Notes: generated by a model from the letters alone, not told the origin. A stretch of 64,000 bases of DNA from Nageia nagi (GCA_050084985.1 JBITNC010000002.1:4588001-4652000), one strand, 5' to 3'. Positions 27,401-42,400 are shown, counted from the first letter of the stretch. Translations and numbers: made by a program.

Positions 27401-30400
27401 GTCCTTCGAAGTGGCTGAGTAGGCTTGTCTCGATGTCTTCTAAGCGCCCCTTTGGAAGAGGGAGCTCAGAAGAATGATGTGATGCGTTGGACCTTGGTCA
27501 GGTTGTGCGCTAAGCTCGCTTGAGAAGGCTCTTCCAAAGGAGGAAGACCTCTCAAAAATAAAGAGCTAGAAAGCGTTGGTCTGGGTACTGGAGAAATGTG
27601 GCAAGCAAGCTACTAGAGTCTGGGAAGAGGCAATAATATCGATCTCGGATGTTGTAGCAAGAGAGTATAAGAGTTTTAGCAAATTTCACAATATTTCTCT
27701 TGAGCAAATGATCATCCTCCCTTCCAAATGAGTCCTCTAGGGGCTATTTATAACATTTCCAAACCCTAATAGTTGTTGCCCTAATTCACCTAAAACTAGG
27801 TGAAAATTCACCTCAAACTTGGTGAAATTCACATAAATTATCATTAAAATCAAAATCCTAATGAAATTAAATTAAACTATGTCCAAATATTATTGAAATG
27901 AAATGAAAATGCCAATTAAATGGTAGCAAAATGAAATGTACTAAAAAATAACCAGAATTATATAGGTCTCATTCACACTTGTTGGAGCAAAACCGCATCC
28001 ATCACAAGGTGATATATATCTAAGTTTGAAAATCAAAGAAAATATGGCATCCAGCATGAGAAAGACTTAAATAAGTAAAGACTTAAATAAGTCTCAACAG
28101 AAGTGTGACATCTTCGTCAAAGTGATCTCCCATGAATGCTTCCATCTTGTCTATACCCATGTCAAGCACATCAAAGGCTTTTTGATTTTGGATATTTTGC
28201 TTCACAATCCTGGCTGAAACCTATTACATTTAGTACTCCCATAGTGATAGTTCTCTTTCATCTTTGAAGGGACGCCCAATCTTGAGCATCTTGACATCTT
28301 GCGTGTGAAGCATGTTTTTGATCATGTGTTGGACCTCTTTTGATACTAAGTCCTCCATCCTTGATACTAAGTCCTCCATCCTTGGTACTCCAAAGTCGTC
28401 TAAGAAGGTGACATCGAATAGAAAGTTAGCCATTTTTGCCTTAATCTCTTCTCTCTTTTGTCATACTCTTAACCAAATATTGGCACTTTTCCATTGCATG
28501 CTTCAACCAGTCAAAATAAAAGCCAAAAGTTATGCAATACTATTGTTGTATTGGCTTATCTTCTAACTTCCAACACAACTCATCTACGTCATCCTGGCAT
28601 GGGTTCCAACTCTCAAATAGCTGGAATAGTATTTCATTCTTTTCTTGGACCTTTGCCTCTTCTCCTACAAAGCTAGTGATTTTTAAATATAACTCCTTGA
28701 TAGTCTCCATGATACTCTTCTTTAGTTCTTCCTTCATGGATGCCATTCCCATGTTTATAAAAGCTTGTCTTTTGATGTCATTTGGTTGCATGTGTACCAC
28801 TTCAATTTCTTTGCAAAATTTATTCTTGACAACTAATTCTTTTCTTAGCTTTTGGATTTCTTGATCTTTCTTTGTCCCTTCTTGTCTCAAAGCAAAGGCA
28901 CTGGCATTAATGTTATATTCATGTCATTCCAAGCCAATCGGTCCAATTTCAATCTCCTACATTTGAATTTTCCAATCCTAAGCACCTTGTGGCCTTCTCT
29001 TGTTAGTAATTGCCTTAGTAATAACAATAGAGGAACCTTTCATTTGAGCAAATGTTCAAGAATCCCATGGTTGTGAACATTCTCCTTCTTCAAGGACTTC
29101 TCTCTCATCTTCTTCATCACTTTCTTCTATTCTTTGTGTTTCTAGATGCTCAAGATATGTGTCCAGAAAATCATAATCCTTCTCAGCATCATCTTTTTCT
29201 TTAAGATGACTTGTAGCAATAACCACCTCTTTTCCTATATCCTGCCTTATCTTCTTTAATGACTCATCATTTGGTACACCCTCCCCTTCATTTACAATAT
29301 CTCCTCCAGAGGTAGATGCTTGCCTTAATATACTTGGAGATCTCTTTTGATGAGGTGAACCAGCTCTCAATTGAGGTGTACACGTCTTCCTTGCAGTTCT
29401 ATGTGAAGATGGCTGGGAAGGCGCAAGTTTTGAGACTTTCTTAATGGGTGCTGAGATTTCTTGCACGGATTCATCTTCCATCTAAATGTCTCCTTTTGCA
29501 ATATCTTCTTGGCTACCTTTAGTCATCTCTTCCTTAAGGTCACCTGTCCTTCACCATACTTGGACCCAGAACTTTGTAAGAAATCTACCTTTTCACCTTG
29601 TGGACTTGACCTAGAAGCTCTTTCTCTTGCAATTCCTTCTCTAGTTAATCCACCAAGTTGATGATGAGCAATCTTGTTCAACTCTTGAGTATCTTCAACA
29701 TGCATTTAAATGGTGTGTGCTATGTCTCCCATTGGTTGTTTTGATATCCCCATGGTGGCATATTGTCTTGTGTATCCTTGCCTCCTTAGAGAAGAGGTTG
29801 ATTCCTCCACCATCTTTTGACCCGTTGGTATAGTTGATGGTGACTTCTATCTTCTTTTCCCCTTTTCTTCTTCCACACGTCTTGCTTGGTTCCCTCTCCT
29901 TTCTTCTTTACTTATGGCAACTTGTATATTCTTGATGTCCATTCTTTTACCGAGTGCATTGTTTAATAAAAATTCTTTTTAGTGAGCAATAAAAAGAAAA
30001 CGTTGCACACACATCAAGCACCACAACAGTCACACAATTCTCACAACCTTACTAAAGCAACATATGACAATTACTATAACATACTCTACTCCAAAAATGT
30101 GTTGGTACGAGTGCAATCAACCTTTGGTAATATTACATAAAGATGAAATGGCTTTTGAAATATCATGAATTAATTTCACAAATAATTTTGCAAATAAAAT
30201 TTGATCTAAACAATAAAATTTCTGATCTAAAAATATATTCAGAAAATGCCCAAAAAATTCATTCCAAACACCACAAAGTGACTAGATCTTCCACACAAAT
30301 ATTATTAAAACTACAAATAATGTATCAACACATAGATCTAATATTGAGCTATCAAAATAGACCACAACACATGCAAGAAATACCCTCCAAAGCTAGGCAT

Positions 30401-33400
30401 CACACTGAATGCAACCTCTGAAATCCCTCATATAGATGGAAGGAATGCTGATCTGAAATTCTACAGCTAAAAACACAAACCTGCAAAAATCTAAAACTGT
30501 AATGCCACACCAAATCTGAAATACAACACAAAGAAGGGTTCCCAAAACCCCAAATCTGATATGAATGTTGCCCAAGAAATCTTCAATAAATGATGCAAAA
30601 TGGCTCAATAAACCAAAATGCAAACCCCAGGTAGGTTTGCCTCCAAGAGAGTTAGGGTTTTTGTCCTACTCTCACAATCCAGAGTCATCTCTGAATCAAT
30701 CTTCTACAGGTCTTCGTCCTTGAATCGATCTTCTACAGGTTTTCGTCCGCAGAAGATGCTCTTATAGGGTTTTATCCACAAGAGGTGATGTAAATGACTA
30801 GAAAGCCAAATACTATCAATAAGGAGGAGAAATCAATAATCCATCATAGTGCAAATGAGCACCCCTCACCTCCTTTTATAGGGACATTACAGCTTTAGTA
30901 TTACCATACATTCCACATAAGTACATTCTTTCATTTATATAACATGTACATGAAATAAATGATTGTTCAGAAATTTTACCTTGCAAAGAATACATTCTCG
31001 CCCTTGCCAATTTTGACGGTAGAGAATCATCATGGCTTAAAGATGTAGAAAAGACCAGACCAGAGGGATCAAACAAATAAAGAAACCCATCGGATACTAT
31101 AAATGAAATGTCACAAAGCTGGTAACAACTAAGTAGTCCTGAGCCATAATTGAGTGTTTGGCCCCGGAGCTTCCATGGAGGATGAAGTTGAAGAATGCAT
31201 AGTTCTTCCATGCTAAGCACAGCTCCTTCAAGAACAACTGTCAGGGAAGGACCTTGATATTCACCTGAAAAGCATTGCAAGCAACCATAGTGAATAGTCA
31301 GAGTCATCTTTATAGTGGACACTAAGTGTTCCTTGTTAAAAGTGCTCCTTCGCAACACAACTTTGGGATGTAACACTAATTGAGAAAATAAATTCAAAAG
31401 ATAGAGATAAAGGCATACTGCAAATACAAGCTAATAATGCTTAGATTTAGAAAAATGTAAAAAAGACAAATATATGAGTTAGACCTAAATTAGGTTGAAG
31501 CAAAGACTGCTTTGGATGATCCCGCTTATCATAAACAACATGTAGTTTCTTTGCTTCACATCTGTCTGCTATCTCTAAAAGATCAAACAATAGAAGGTTA
31601 TCATCTCCATATCTTTTAAGCAGTTCTGCTATTCTAGTATGATCCATGCATGGTATGTCTTTTGTCACTTCCTGATCCATAAAGGATATATTTCGTAGTG
31701 ACTTTGCACCAAGTCGTTCAGCCAAATCATTGCTTATACTTGAATGGACAAAATTTTTAACTTCCATGTTAGTCCCTGTCAGCCAAGGAGCATCATTATA
31801 GACAAGACCGCTCACAGGTTTCAAAATCCCAGAGGTATCTGGTACTAGAATTGAATATTCACAAGTCTCATATGAAGCTTTTTCTCCCAATGTGTCTCCA
31901 ACAGCCTCAAGAACCCGAAGAACAAAACTCAACTGTTCTGACGAAAGTGGTGTTGCTTTCATGTCTTCATTTAAATGTTGTAAGACTTGCACATAATCCT
32001 TAATGCTGAACATCAACCTTACACCAAAGGCTGTAAGAAGATCCCTAAAACCTGACAATTCAGATGGTACAACATACAAATATGGCTGAAATTTTGCTGG
32101 CGAGTCAAAGGCCAACACTTTAGGAGACACAAAACTATCTCCAATCCACACCCATTGAATTCCCTCAAGAAGAGATTGTAATATTACAAAATCTTCTGTA
32201 CCCACAAATTCCTGAAGCAGTGAATAGAGTGATAGGACCTCCCTTTCAAGTACTGCATCAAGAAATTCCTTCCTCTTGCCATCAGGTTCAGATTTTGTGC
32301 AACCGTAAGCCTTGGATAACTCAATCAATTGAACTGCCAGTACACCAACATTTGGGCATTTCAACCAACCAAGCTTCAATTGTATGTGAGATGAGACGCA
32401 CTCCCCATCAAGTATCCGCATGGTTGATGATACTAACCACATTTGAGACTTAATTCTAACCACTTTTGGAGGGGCTATTGAACCACTAATAGTTTTGGGC
32501 CAAGGCATTCCTTGGATTGGTGGATCAACATAAACTGGACACCAATAGGTATTTGCTAGTTCCATCCAATACTCTTCTTCTAATTCATCATCCACCAAGC
32601 CATCTGATTGGCAAGTAATATCAGTACATGTTTGACAGCTTTCTCCTAGGTGTAAGTTTGGCAAGATTCCATCTTCTCTTTCTTCATCATAAATACATTC
32701 CTTATGCTCTGGGTTCTGACGTTGTTCTGTAGAACTTCTTCCGACTTCCATGTTATTGATAAATGCAAGTAAATACTTGGCCCGTTTGAATGCTTCAGAC
32801 TCTTTTCCAGATTCATATAACATTGCAACAGATCTCGCACTATCCAATAAACCCCTCTGACCAAGAGAATTTCTCAATCCCAATCCAACCAAAAAATCAA
32901 GGATTTCAGGAACAGCAAATTCTTTTGATGGAAAGAAAGCATCTTCATGCAGTAGCAGATGCAACTCTGGAACACGTGGATCGTACAAGCTGTGTATAAA
33001 AAATAAAGATTAAACTATGTGTAGTCTACCTATCATTTGCAAACAATACAAATAACAAGCGTTCATTGTTAATTCATGGGACAAAAGACATTATCCATTT
33101 TGATAACAATGTTTTATCTTGCAGGCAATTTGCAATGCACATCATTTTTTGAAGTAAACCTAGCATGTTACAAGCTTTCGAGATTCTTTTTTTCACATAT
33201 TGAAGGACTTCCTCTGCTGTTCAATCAAAGAAGAAGTATTGAGTGCCACTCGCCAAGTCTGTTCACCGCAACCCTGCAATGTCCATATATTACTGCAATA
33301 GGACACCAGATACAGCAAAAGCAAATAAGGAACCAGTTGTGCTCCAACTAACTGGCTTTTCTGTGTCCATCTCATAAACATGAATAAATAAAAAGGCCAT

Positions 33401-36400
33401 TAAAATGCTATGGAACAACACACATACCTAAATCACTATTAGAGAGCCTATAGATGGATAAGAACTCCACATGAAGTCTAAAACATCTTAAAACACAGTC
33501 TGGAGAAAGGAGAGAACAAAACTCTAGAGAACTAAAACCCAATCCTCTTTATTGGCCATGGCTTCAAAAGCTAAAAACAATTGTAAACAGGCTTGCGCTG
33601 AAATATGTTTATGAGCTAAAAACAATGATAAACAGGCTGTTGTTGAAATATGTTTATGAGATAAAAATTATGATAGACAGGCTTGTGTTGATATACGCCA
33701 TAAATATAAAGAAATGTCCCACAGACATCACAAATGCCCCAAGATCTTTAGCAATGCTCACAAACTGTCCACGGGCAGTGTAGGCCTGCTGGTCCACACT
33801 GCAGGCAGTCCAGAATAGCTAGAACAGGACCACGGCTGGTTTGGAAAAATCCACCAAGTGAGGTGAAACAAGATGTGTTAGATTCTGTAGATAAAGGGTA
33901 TCAGGATTCAGGATTATTAAGATAAAACAACTTATAAAATGCAGACAATACGCCCTGAAAGATGACAGTACACTACGGAATAACAACAGCAGCATAAGAA
34001 ACACAGATTTGGAGGTTTCAATGTATTCGATTCTCTTACTCAGATTATACAAAATAGAGCACAAAATATCTCCAACAGTTTGGGATACTATAATCACCAA
34101 CAGAAGTCAAACGTTGGAAAATATATAGAACTTGAACCATATTCCAAATAACAAACTAGACATATCCTCTAAGGAGACTTTGAATTAGGGTTTGCCATTT
34201 CACATAAAACAAAACTCATTTGAACTATGAAATACCTAACAAATTGAATCAGCAGTCTTCATCAGAGACTAACTAATTTGAAAGAAAGAAAGAACAACTT
34301 GCCACATGTTGGCATAGAACAGACCTATGAGAAAAAGAGTAAAATATAGATGTGCAGAAACTTTTTATATCCGAAATCCCCCACAACCTACAAAAGAATA
34401 TCATTCGCATAATAAGTTATCCCTACATCCCTTGTAGCCTTGAGGAAGATAAGTACATTCCAACACACACTATTGGAACCTGGAATCCTACTTCAACACA
34501 ATTGAGAGAAGGGAGTAGTATAATCTTGATCACAGAATGTGCATGTCTCAAAATCATAAAGATGTTTTCCTACTTAACATACATTGTTCTTACAGTTAAA
34601 TAACAGCCTCTTGTTGCCCCATGACATATAATGATATGCAATTGATAATCCCTATCAATACCTGAATAGGTCAATAACGCTGAAGTACATTGACAAGCAA
34701 CAAAAGGAATAAGGATGCAGAAAGGTTTGAAAGAATGCCCAGGGCCTACTAGAGAATGTGCTTTGAAGAATGTTCCATAGTGAAAAAAGGCCTTGTGGAA
34801 TCAACCTTGGTGACAACAAGGTACATATGTGGGTAAATATATATATATATTAAAAATTTAAAACAAATGAAAGTAACAGAACACAACAATTTGTGAAGAA
34901 ATAAGAAAATAGAAAATAAATCATAACAAATACTGTTTATAGCTAATGATCATAGAGGACCGCATTTCTCCTCTTCCTTCTATATAATTCACAATGTTCA
35001 CAAGCTCAATCTAAGGATTAGAATTCCCGGTTTCTGCTATTTGAACCCATAAAGTACAGTCAAATTCAATTGCAACATGGTTCTTTCTTCATACTCTTGC
35101 ACTTCTTATATGCTTACAAAAATAGTAGACAGAAGAAAACCTAGGTTCAGCAATACCTTCCAGGCTTCTGTAAAGATCCTTGTGCTGTCAAGATGAAAGG
35201 TACTTCAGAGATGGACTTTCCAATAGAAGAATCCTCCTGAATTATAAATTTCAGGTCCCGAATCACCTTCAACATAACATCTGGTTGTGAAGCAAATTTA
35301 GATAATGTATTAATTACATGTTCCCTGTAAAATTGTTTCTTTGAAGGTCTATCAATCCCTAGATAATGTTTCAAAATGATTTCTTCTCTTTCTGAAGATG
35401 TATGAATAAAGTTATCATTTACCAACTCATCATCAATTTCATTTGGCTTCAGCCACTTTGTTGATTCTGACAAGTTTACAAATGCTCTGCTTCCATGTGT
35501 TTCAAAAATAGGAAGAGCCTTTAAAATATCAATGTGATGGGAATCAATCTGACCATTAGAAAACCACTTTGATTGACAAAGGAAACTTCGAAGTTCCTGC
35601 AGCTCTCCCTCTGATGTGTTTGTAAAAAGTCCTTTAACATTTTCTACAACACCAGCTGATGCCAGGAAGGAATTCAATATAACCAGATGCGTTTGCATTC
35701 TGAACATACTCTTCTAACCCTCGATGATCCATAGGGATGTCACTCCTCAGAATGAAACATCCAGTTTTCTTCAACAAAGAACACATGTTCTCACTCCATC
35801 CATCATCTCTGATCACGTTTGAATTCTTAACGAGCTGGAGAAGATACCCATCCCTAGCTGGCAGAAGAGGCCACTTTGAAAAGGCAGTTAAGTCAGGTGA
35901 TGTTGATTTCAAGTAGTTCCAAAGTGATGTCATCCATTCCAAGCTTGGTTGTCCTTGATAGCCAGGTGTCCATAATACAGACTTTCTACCCTTCCATTCT
36001 GCAGGAAGAATCTTAGGCATAAGTTCTTCCAACAAAGATGACGTAAGTAGTGAAAGATTGGTTCCACCATTGCTAGCAATTCTGTGTAATTTAGTTAAAA
36101 TCTGATCGTCAATGGTACAATCAACAAGCAAATATGGTACTGCATCTTTTAGCAGTTCATACTCATTTTGGCTAGTCACATAAAGATTATCACTTTGTCC
36201 AGATTTAGTGACCATTGTGAATATGCCTGTAGCAAGAGGAAGTAAAGGTAGACCATGCAATTTGTCAGATATCAAAGGATCCTCAACATCATCCAAACAA
36301 TATTTCAAAGTTATAAGCATTGGTTCTCTCTGCTTGAATCCACGTTTACGCCGAACTAACAAATTTCGCAGAAGATGTGGAGAAAGATATCTCAACGAAG

Positions 36401-39400
36401 GACAAAACTTGCGAAATGAATCCACTACTATCTTAGGTGCAGTTATCAAAGGTAATCCTGCTTCTGCTAATGCATTACCAAGTTCGCTGACCTCTGGAAA
36501 GGAAAAATCAGGGAAAACAGCCTGCTTTGCAGAAATCCATTGACCACCTCTAACCTTTGTGTAAAGGACACAAACCTCTAGATCCGAGATGCTCATATAC
36601 ACTTTCTTCATGAATGATAACCATGGCTCTCTTGTAGCTGTAGTGGGCCAAAACGAGTAATATGCACTACGTGGACCAATTTCAGTGGCAATGTTAGCAA
36701 GTAAACGTGCATATGCTGGAGCTGCAACATCATCAAGAAGACAGCGGTTCCAATCAGACCTTAGCTTGCCACCTCCAGCCATATCATCACCAAACCAGAT
36801 GTCCCTCCGATTTGATGACAGTTCAAAGTAGCCATTGACATGTACTGGAAGACCTGTAATGACAGGCAAAGGCAAAAAACAAAATGCACGACCCTCAAGT
36901 GCATTGTCAGCAAGAGTTGCTTCATTTTTCCCTTCCTTCCTCAAACCTGAATGTAACTTGGCAGCTACACCTGCCCAAGGGATGAAATTACGTGCTCTAT
37001 TTTCCAATGCAACAGATTTGCCTTTGGCATGTCCACCACCCAAACATTCACTCACCATCCACAAATCTGATTTGTCATTACCTGTATCACTTGATGATAC
37101 TGTAACTTTCCCACAACTCCACGGCAACTGTGCTTCTGGTGTTGTCTGCAATTTTTGAAAGAACTTCTCTTTGTCCATGCCAGTTTTGCGATCGCCATAA
37201 ATAAAGTCAAGCATGACTTTTTCTGGAAATGGTTGATTCCTCATTGTATCAACAGGAAGCCTAGACACACGGTGTAGTAGCAGCAATTCATGATTTGATC
37301 CATCCTTTACATATATTGAAATGTTCATTATATTTCGTAAAAAAAGCAAGGCCTCACCTGCATTAGCATAAAAAGACGAGAAAAGAGATATAACATCCTC
37401 AGGTCTATAACTTTCTTTCTTAATTTGGCTGCAAGCGGATAGACTGGGAGTTCTTAATGGAAATCGAAAGAGTGTCCCAGGAAAAGGATTCTGCATGTCA
37501 CAACCAAAGTGCAAGTATGGAGAAAACTGATCAGGAAATTGATCCAAAATGCCTCTGCCAACAAAGCTGATTCTCAAGCCAGGATGTGATGGAGTAATCC
37601 CTGGAAGATACGAGGCATGAGGATCGAACATCACAATGTTTTCTCCAGAAACAAATCCAGGAATATCCGTGAAATGATAAACAGAGTTGAATCCAAGACC
37701 AAACCTCCCAATAGCAAAAGGCTTTTCAAGTTTACTGTCTTGTCCAATGCGTGAAATTGCATAAAGATCTTGAGCTGTAAAAACAGAATTATTATAACAG
37801 TATAAGGCAGGTCCTTGCCAATCTGCCATTTGGGGAGAAAGAATTGATGAAGTTCCATATTGAGTTTTATCCAAAAGAAAGCAAACTTCCGAAGCTCCGG
37901 CATCATCAGCATTTTGTACAAGTTCAAATAAAATTCCAGGACCATCCGCATACATTTCAACAATATGCTTCAATCTTGTTGTTAAGACCTCATGCTGACC
38001 AAAAGCTTCTGCTGCCCCATACAAGCCCAAATTCATGGAGTCAGCATTCTCTGCAAGCAGCAAGCGACGAAGTGAAGATACACCAAGTCTCTCTGCAACA
38101 TCATTTGATATGTTTGCATGCACAAATTTGGGAACCTTTCTGTTTGCTGCCAAATCCACAGGCAAGAAGCCCTCTGACTTACCCCATTGATTAGAGTTAG
38201 ATAACCACGGAGCATCATTGAAGGCAAGTTCTGTTGCAGGCATAAGAATAGATGAGACATCAGGAATGTAACATACAATCTGCTTGTCATGAAAATTGGC
38301 ATCAGCGAGATATTGCACAATAAGGATTGCTGCTCTAAGTTCATTCATATCTAATGGACTTCCATTTTTGTTTACAGCCATTTTAGATAGGACCATAGCA
38401 AAATCTCTAGGACATAAGTATTCTCGCACACCTAGCTCTATGAATAGCTCTCGAAAAATAGCTAAATCAGCAGGAATAACTCGTATATATGGAGCTAAAT
38501 GAAGAGGTCCATTTAGAACCACCTCCTCAACTTTTGCAAATCCATCTCCCACCCAAATCCACTGACTTCCTTCTAAAATGGCTTTCACTATATCCACTTC
38601 ATCTGTACCAATCATAGCAGTCAAAAGCGAGTATATCTTTGGCATAGACATTGCTAGTTCCTGTCGATATATCTGCTCTTGCACAAGCTCATGATTTTTT
38701 CCAAGCTCAAGAAGCTGTGCAGCAATAACACTTCCTCCCAATGAAGAGGACCACCCAAGACAAAATGATAGGTTGTTTGAGCGGCATTCCCCATCAAGTA
38801 TGCGCATGCTGGCAGAAACAAGCCAAATATCCATGGCCAAACGAACCAATTTGGGAGGGGCCACCGTTGTAGAAACTGAAGGCCATGGCAAAACTGGATA
38901 TGGAGGATTTACTAAAACAGGGCACCAGCAAATCATAGTGAGATCATTCCAAAATTTTGTCAACTCAATGCATGAACTTGTATCTTGTAAGTGAAGTGCC
39001 GAAGCCATTTTTGCCAGCATTATATTGACCACCTTGTGTCCCTCATCAGTGCGCTGTGGCAGCCATTTATTTGCATTTAGCTCCAAATAAGAAAGTAACA
39101 CTTTTCCCCTTGAGAGTGCCTTGGCAGGATCATTATGCATTATTGACTCAATCTGCCGAGCACTCTGTAACACAGTCTCAGGAGACACCAAAGTTCTTAA
39201 GCCTAAGCCTTTCAGCATTTCAAGGATCCCCGATTCCCTAAACTTACCACAGGGAAAGCTATCATGATCTTCGAGAAGGTCATACAGCTCTTCATTTCGA
39301 GGATCATACAGGCTGCAGGGATTTCTAAGCCTACCACTAACGGTTGGGATAAATTCTAAGCTTTTCAAGATTCCTCTGATGGTTCGATCTTCCACAACTA

Positions 39401-42400
39401 GCTGAGGAAGTTCCTGCAACATTGAAATCATAGCCTTCTCACGAAGCTGTGGGTTAATATCACATATGCGATTTAACACCCTACATTTATAAAATGATGC
39501 CCTTCCCATTCGCTGGATGCCATAGTAACTTAACAATACTTCATCTTCACTTCCAGATGAACAGTAAAGGAAATCCTGTCCTAATAGAAGCCCGTCCACA
39601 TGAAGAGGTGCCAAATATTTTTCCGACGCTTCCAAATGAGTGAAAAGAAAGGTTTCGTCATGTGCACCTTCGGTGTATACTTCAAAAATTGGAAAATGCT
39701 TGCAAATATGCACATGATTTTCAGTCAATTGTCCTCCACTATACCATTTTGGATCAAGTAGATAAGCACGGAGTTCACGTCTTTCATCATCTCCAACATT
39801 TTCAAAAATTGTAGCCAAGCGAGTCTTTTGCCTCAAAGCTGCCTCAAAAATAGCATCCAAAATACCCACAGGACTTGCTCCATGCACATAAACTGACAGC
39901 TGACAATGTTCAACCTCAAAATCTGGGTTTAGTAACTGACAACCAACCTTTACCAGAAGATTTTTAATTGAATCTGGTAGTAATTGACCATTTATGATTT
40001 TCGAGTGATTAAAAGCTCCATACAAATATCCTGTTGTTGTCGGCAAGATAGGCCAATCCATGAAACCAGATATGTCTTCACAGTGATTTTTAAGGTAACA
40101 CCACAACATCATGATCCAGGCCGGGGTTGGATGGTTTAGATCATTATCTGGCATCCACTCAACAAGCTCTTTATGTTTCCAACAAGCTGGAAGAAACTGA
40201 GGCAATAATTGAAGGAGATGTGTACTATTAAAAAACCTGATATTTGTTTTTGATGTCCGTGCAATATCTGAAAGCCTATTAAGTAGTTTCAGAGTAATAC
40301 TCTTGTCAACAATCCTGTCAGTACGACTCCCCAGTAGCATGCACTCGGAATCACTGCAGATAAAATAAGGCATATTCTTTGTTCCCTCTTCAAGAGTTCC
40401 ATATCTACCATTGGCTAGAGGAATTAAAGATAAACCTGATGCCACATTTCCAACTTCATCATCAACTACATCATCAAGGCAGTATTCCAGCAATAACAAG
40501 TTGTATACCCTGTCTAACTGAGATTTTGCCATCGACCTCCGCATAATGGTCCTTACTGTTGCAGGACAAACCATCTTTGGTTGAATAGCACAATAAGAGA
40601 AAATCATCTCTAGAAGGATCTTAGGCAGTTGAACAATAGGTAGTCCTAAGAGTATAAGAGCATCGGCAAGTTCCTTTGACTTTGAAAACTCCTTGTCATG
40701 GAAAAAAGCATCAGCTGGTTGGATCCACTTGCCACCTTCAACATGTGAATAGAGAGATGGAAACTCTTCAATGTTCTTGTATATTCGCTTCACTAATGTT
40801 TTCCAGGGTTCTTCAAAAGGGCCACATGGCCACAATGAGTAATACTGCTCAATTGGACCTAGTTGTTTCGAAGCTTTGACCAGCAATTCACTAAATGCTG
40901 AAGCGACTACTTCTTCTAGAAGACATACATTCCAGTCGGACCGCAGCTTCCCACCCCGGTCCATGTCAGATCCGTACCAAATATCACGTCTATTTGAAGA
41001 AAGTTCAAAGTAGCCATTCACATGTACGGACAAACCTGTTCTCACAGGAAGAGGAAGAAAGCAGAATGCATGTCCAGCACTGCAGAGATGTTCCTAAAAA
41101 ACAAAAGCTGCCAGAATAAGAAAAAAGCTTAAATTTATATACTATTTTCTAAAATATTAGTTTAAAATATAAGCACTAGGAAAAGCAGATCACAGATGGA
41201 AATTAAAAAAATTATTCATGTCCTCAAGTGACCAAATTCACTCAATGTGACTTGAAGACAAATGAGAATTATATAGGGTACATTCAATGAAATGCCTACT
41301 CCATATTCATTAAATGAAATTAAACATTGTTGGGCCAAAAGTGGCCCAAAGGATTGTGAAAAGGACACCGCAACAAAAGCAAGTAGAGGAGAAAAAGTGC
41401 CCAACAAAGGAAAGAAATAAAATACAATGCCAATACCCAAGAAGCAGGTCAAAAAGAGGAAGAAGAAAGAAGTAAGGAAAGAGGGAGGCAGCAATCCATA
41501 ACTTGACCAATATGTGTGTAGTGATCTCTGAAACGGCAACAAGTGAAAAAATAAAGGAAAAAAGAGGGGCACTCCTAAGAGGCACATGCCCCAACCCAAA
41601 CCCTAGTCTTTCCTTATTTAGTAAGGAAGTCAATAATTTGTCTCTGATCATCATTCCTCTGAATCCCTGAAGATATATGGGTGCACTATCTAGTGGCCTT
41701 ATCTCTGTCTGTGCAAGCTGGTGTATGGCATTTCTGTCCAATGCATCCTCCTTGACCATCTGTACAAGTGAAGTATTCTATGATGGGCCTGAAGTATGAG
41801 GGTCAAGAACTGCCAAAAAAAAAGTTCCTTTGGCATTGAAGTAGAGTTGTCTCCTTGAGCTATAGTGCACAGAATCGCTGATCCAGATATCTGAAGGAGG
41901 TTAGAGATTGTATGAAGGGACAATGAAATCTGCCTTGGATCTTGTAGTAGATGAGGCCATTAAAAAAAGTGATAAGTGGTGTTCCGACTTGACATGAAAC
42001 AGGTGTGGGAGCATACCCTGATCATGAGTGGTTGAAGGTAGCATGGAGAACTACAAATCCCCCTCTTATCTCAAAGAAGTGCTTGTCAGCTTGGGAGAGA
42101 GAGGGTTGGTTGGGTATATCTAAGTGCACATAGTGTACTGGAGACTAATGTCCTTCCATATCTCGCTAAGAATCTCCCCCTTCTTACTCTGAGGTTGGGA
42201 TAAGAAGGGGCTCCCAAAGAGAAATGAGGAAGCCTGTCAATCTGTATCTGAATATTGGCTAAGAGTGTTGATTCCACAATGAGGAAGTTGTCTAACTGCA
42301 ATCTGCCAGGACAACAAAGCAGTAGTAGACAGACCAAAATGGCGAGGGCGATATGCTGGTTGGTTGCTGGCGAGGGATGCATGCAGGTTGTCACCCAAAC

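Noticed and set aside
28340-28381. Perfect 21-bp tandem duplication
   Set aside because: Real, but a trivial slippage event inside a dead TE ORF.
36208-40879. Plus-strand ORFs antisense to exon 3
   Set aside because: Short shadow ORFs of the long coding exon with no recognisable motifs.
35634-41045. Stand-alone 1803-aa gene or bacterial sacsin-like defence protein
   Set aside because: It is one exon of a spliced gene, with in-phase acceptor and neighbouring exons.
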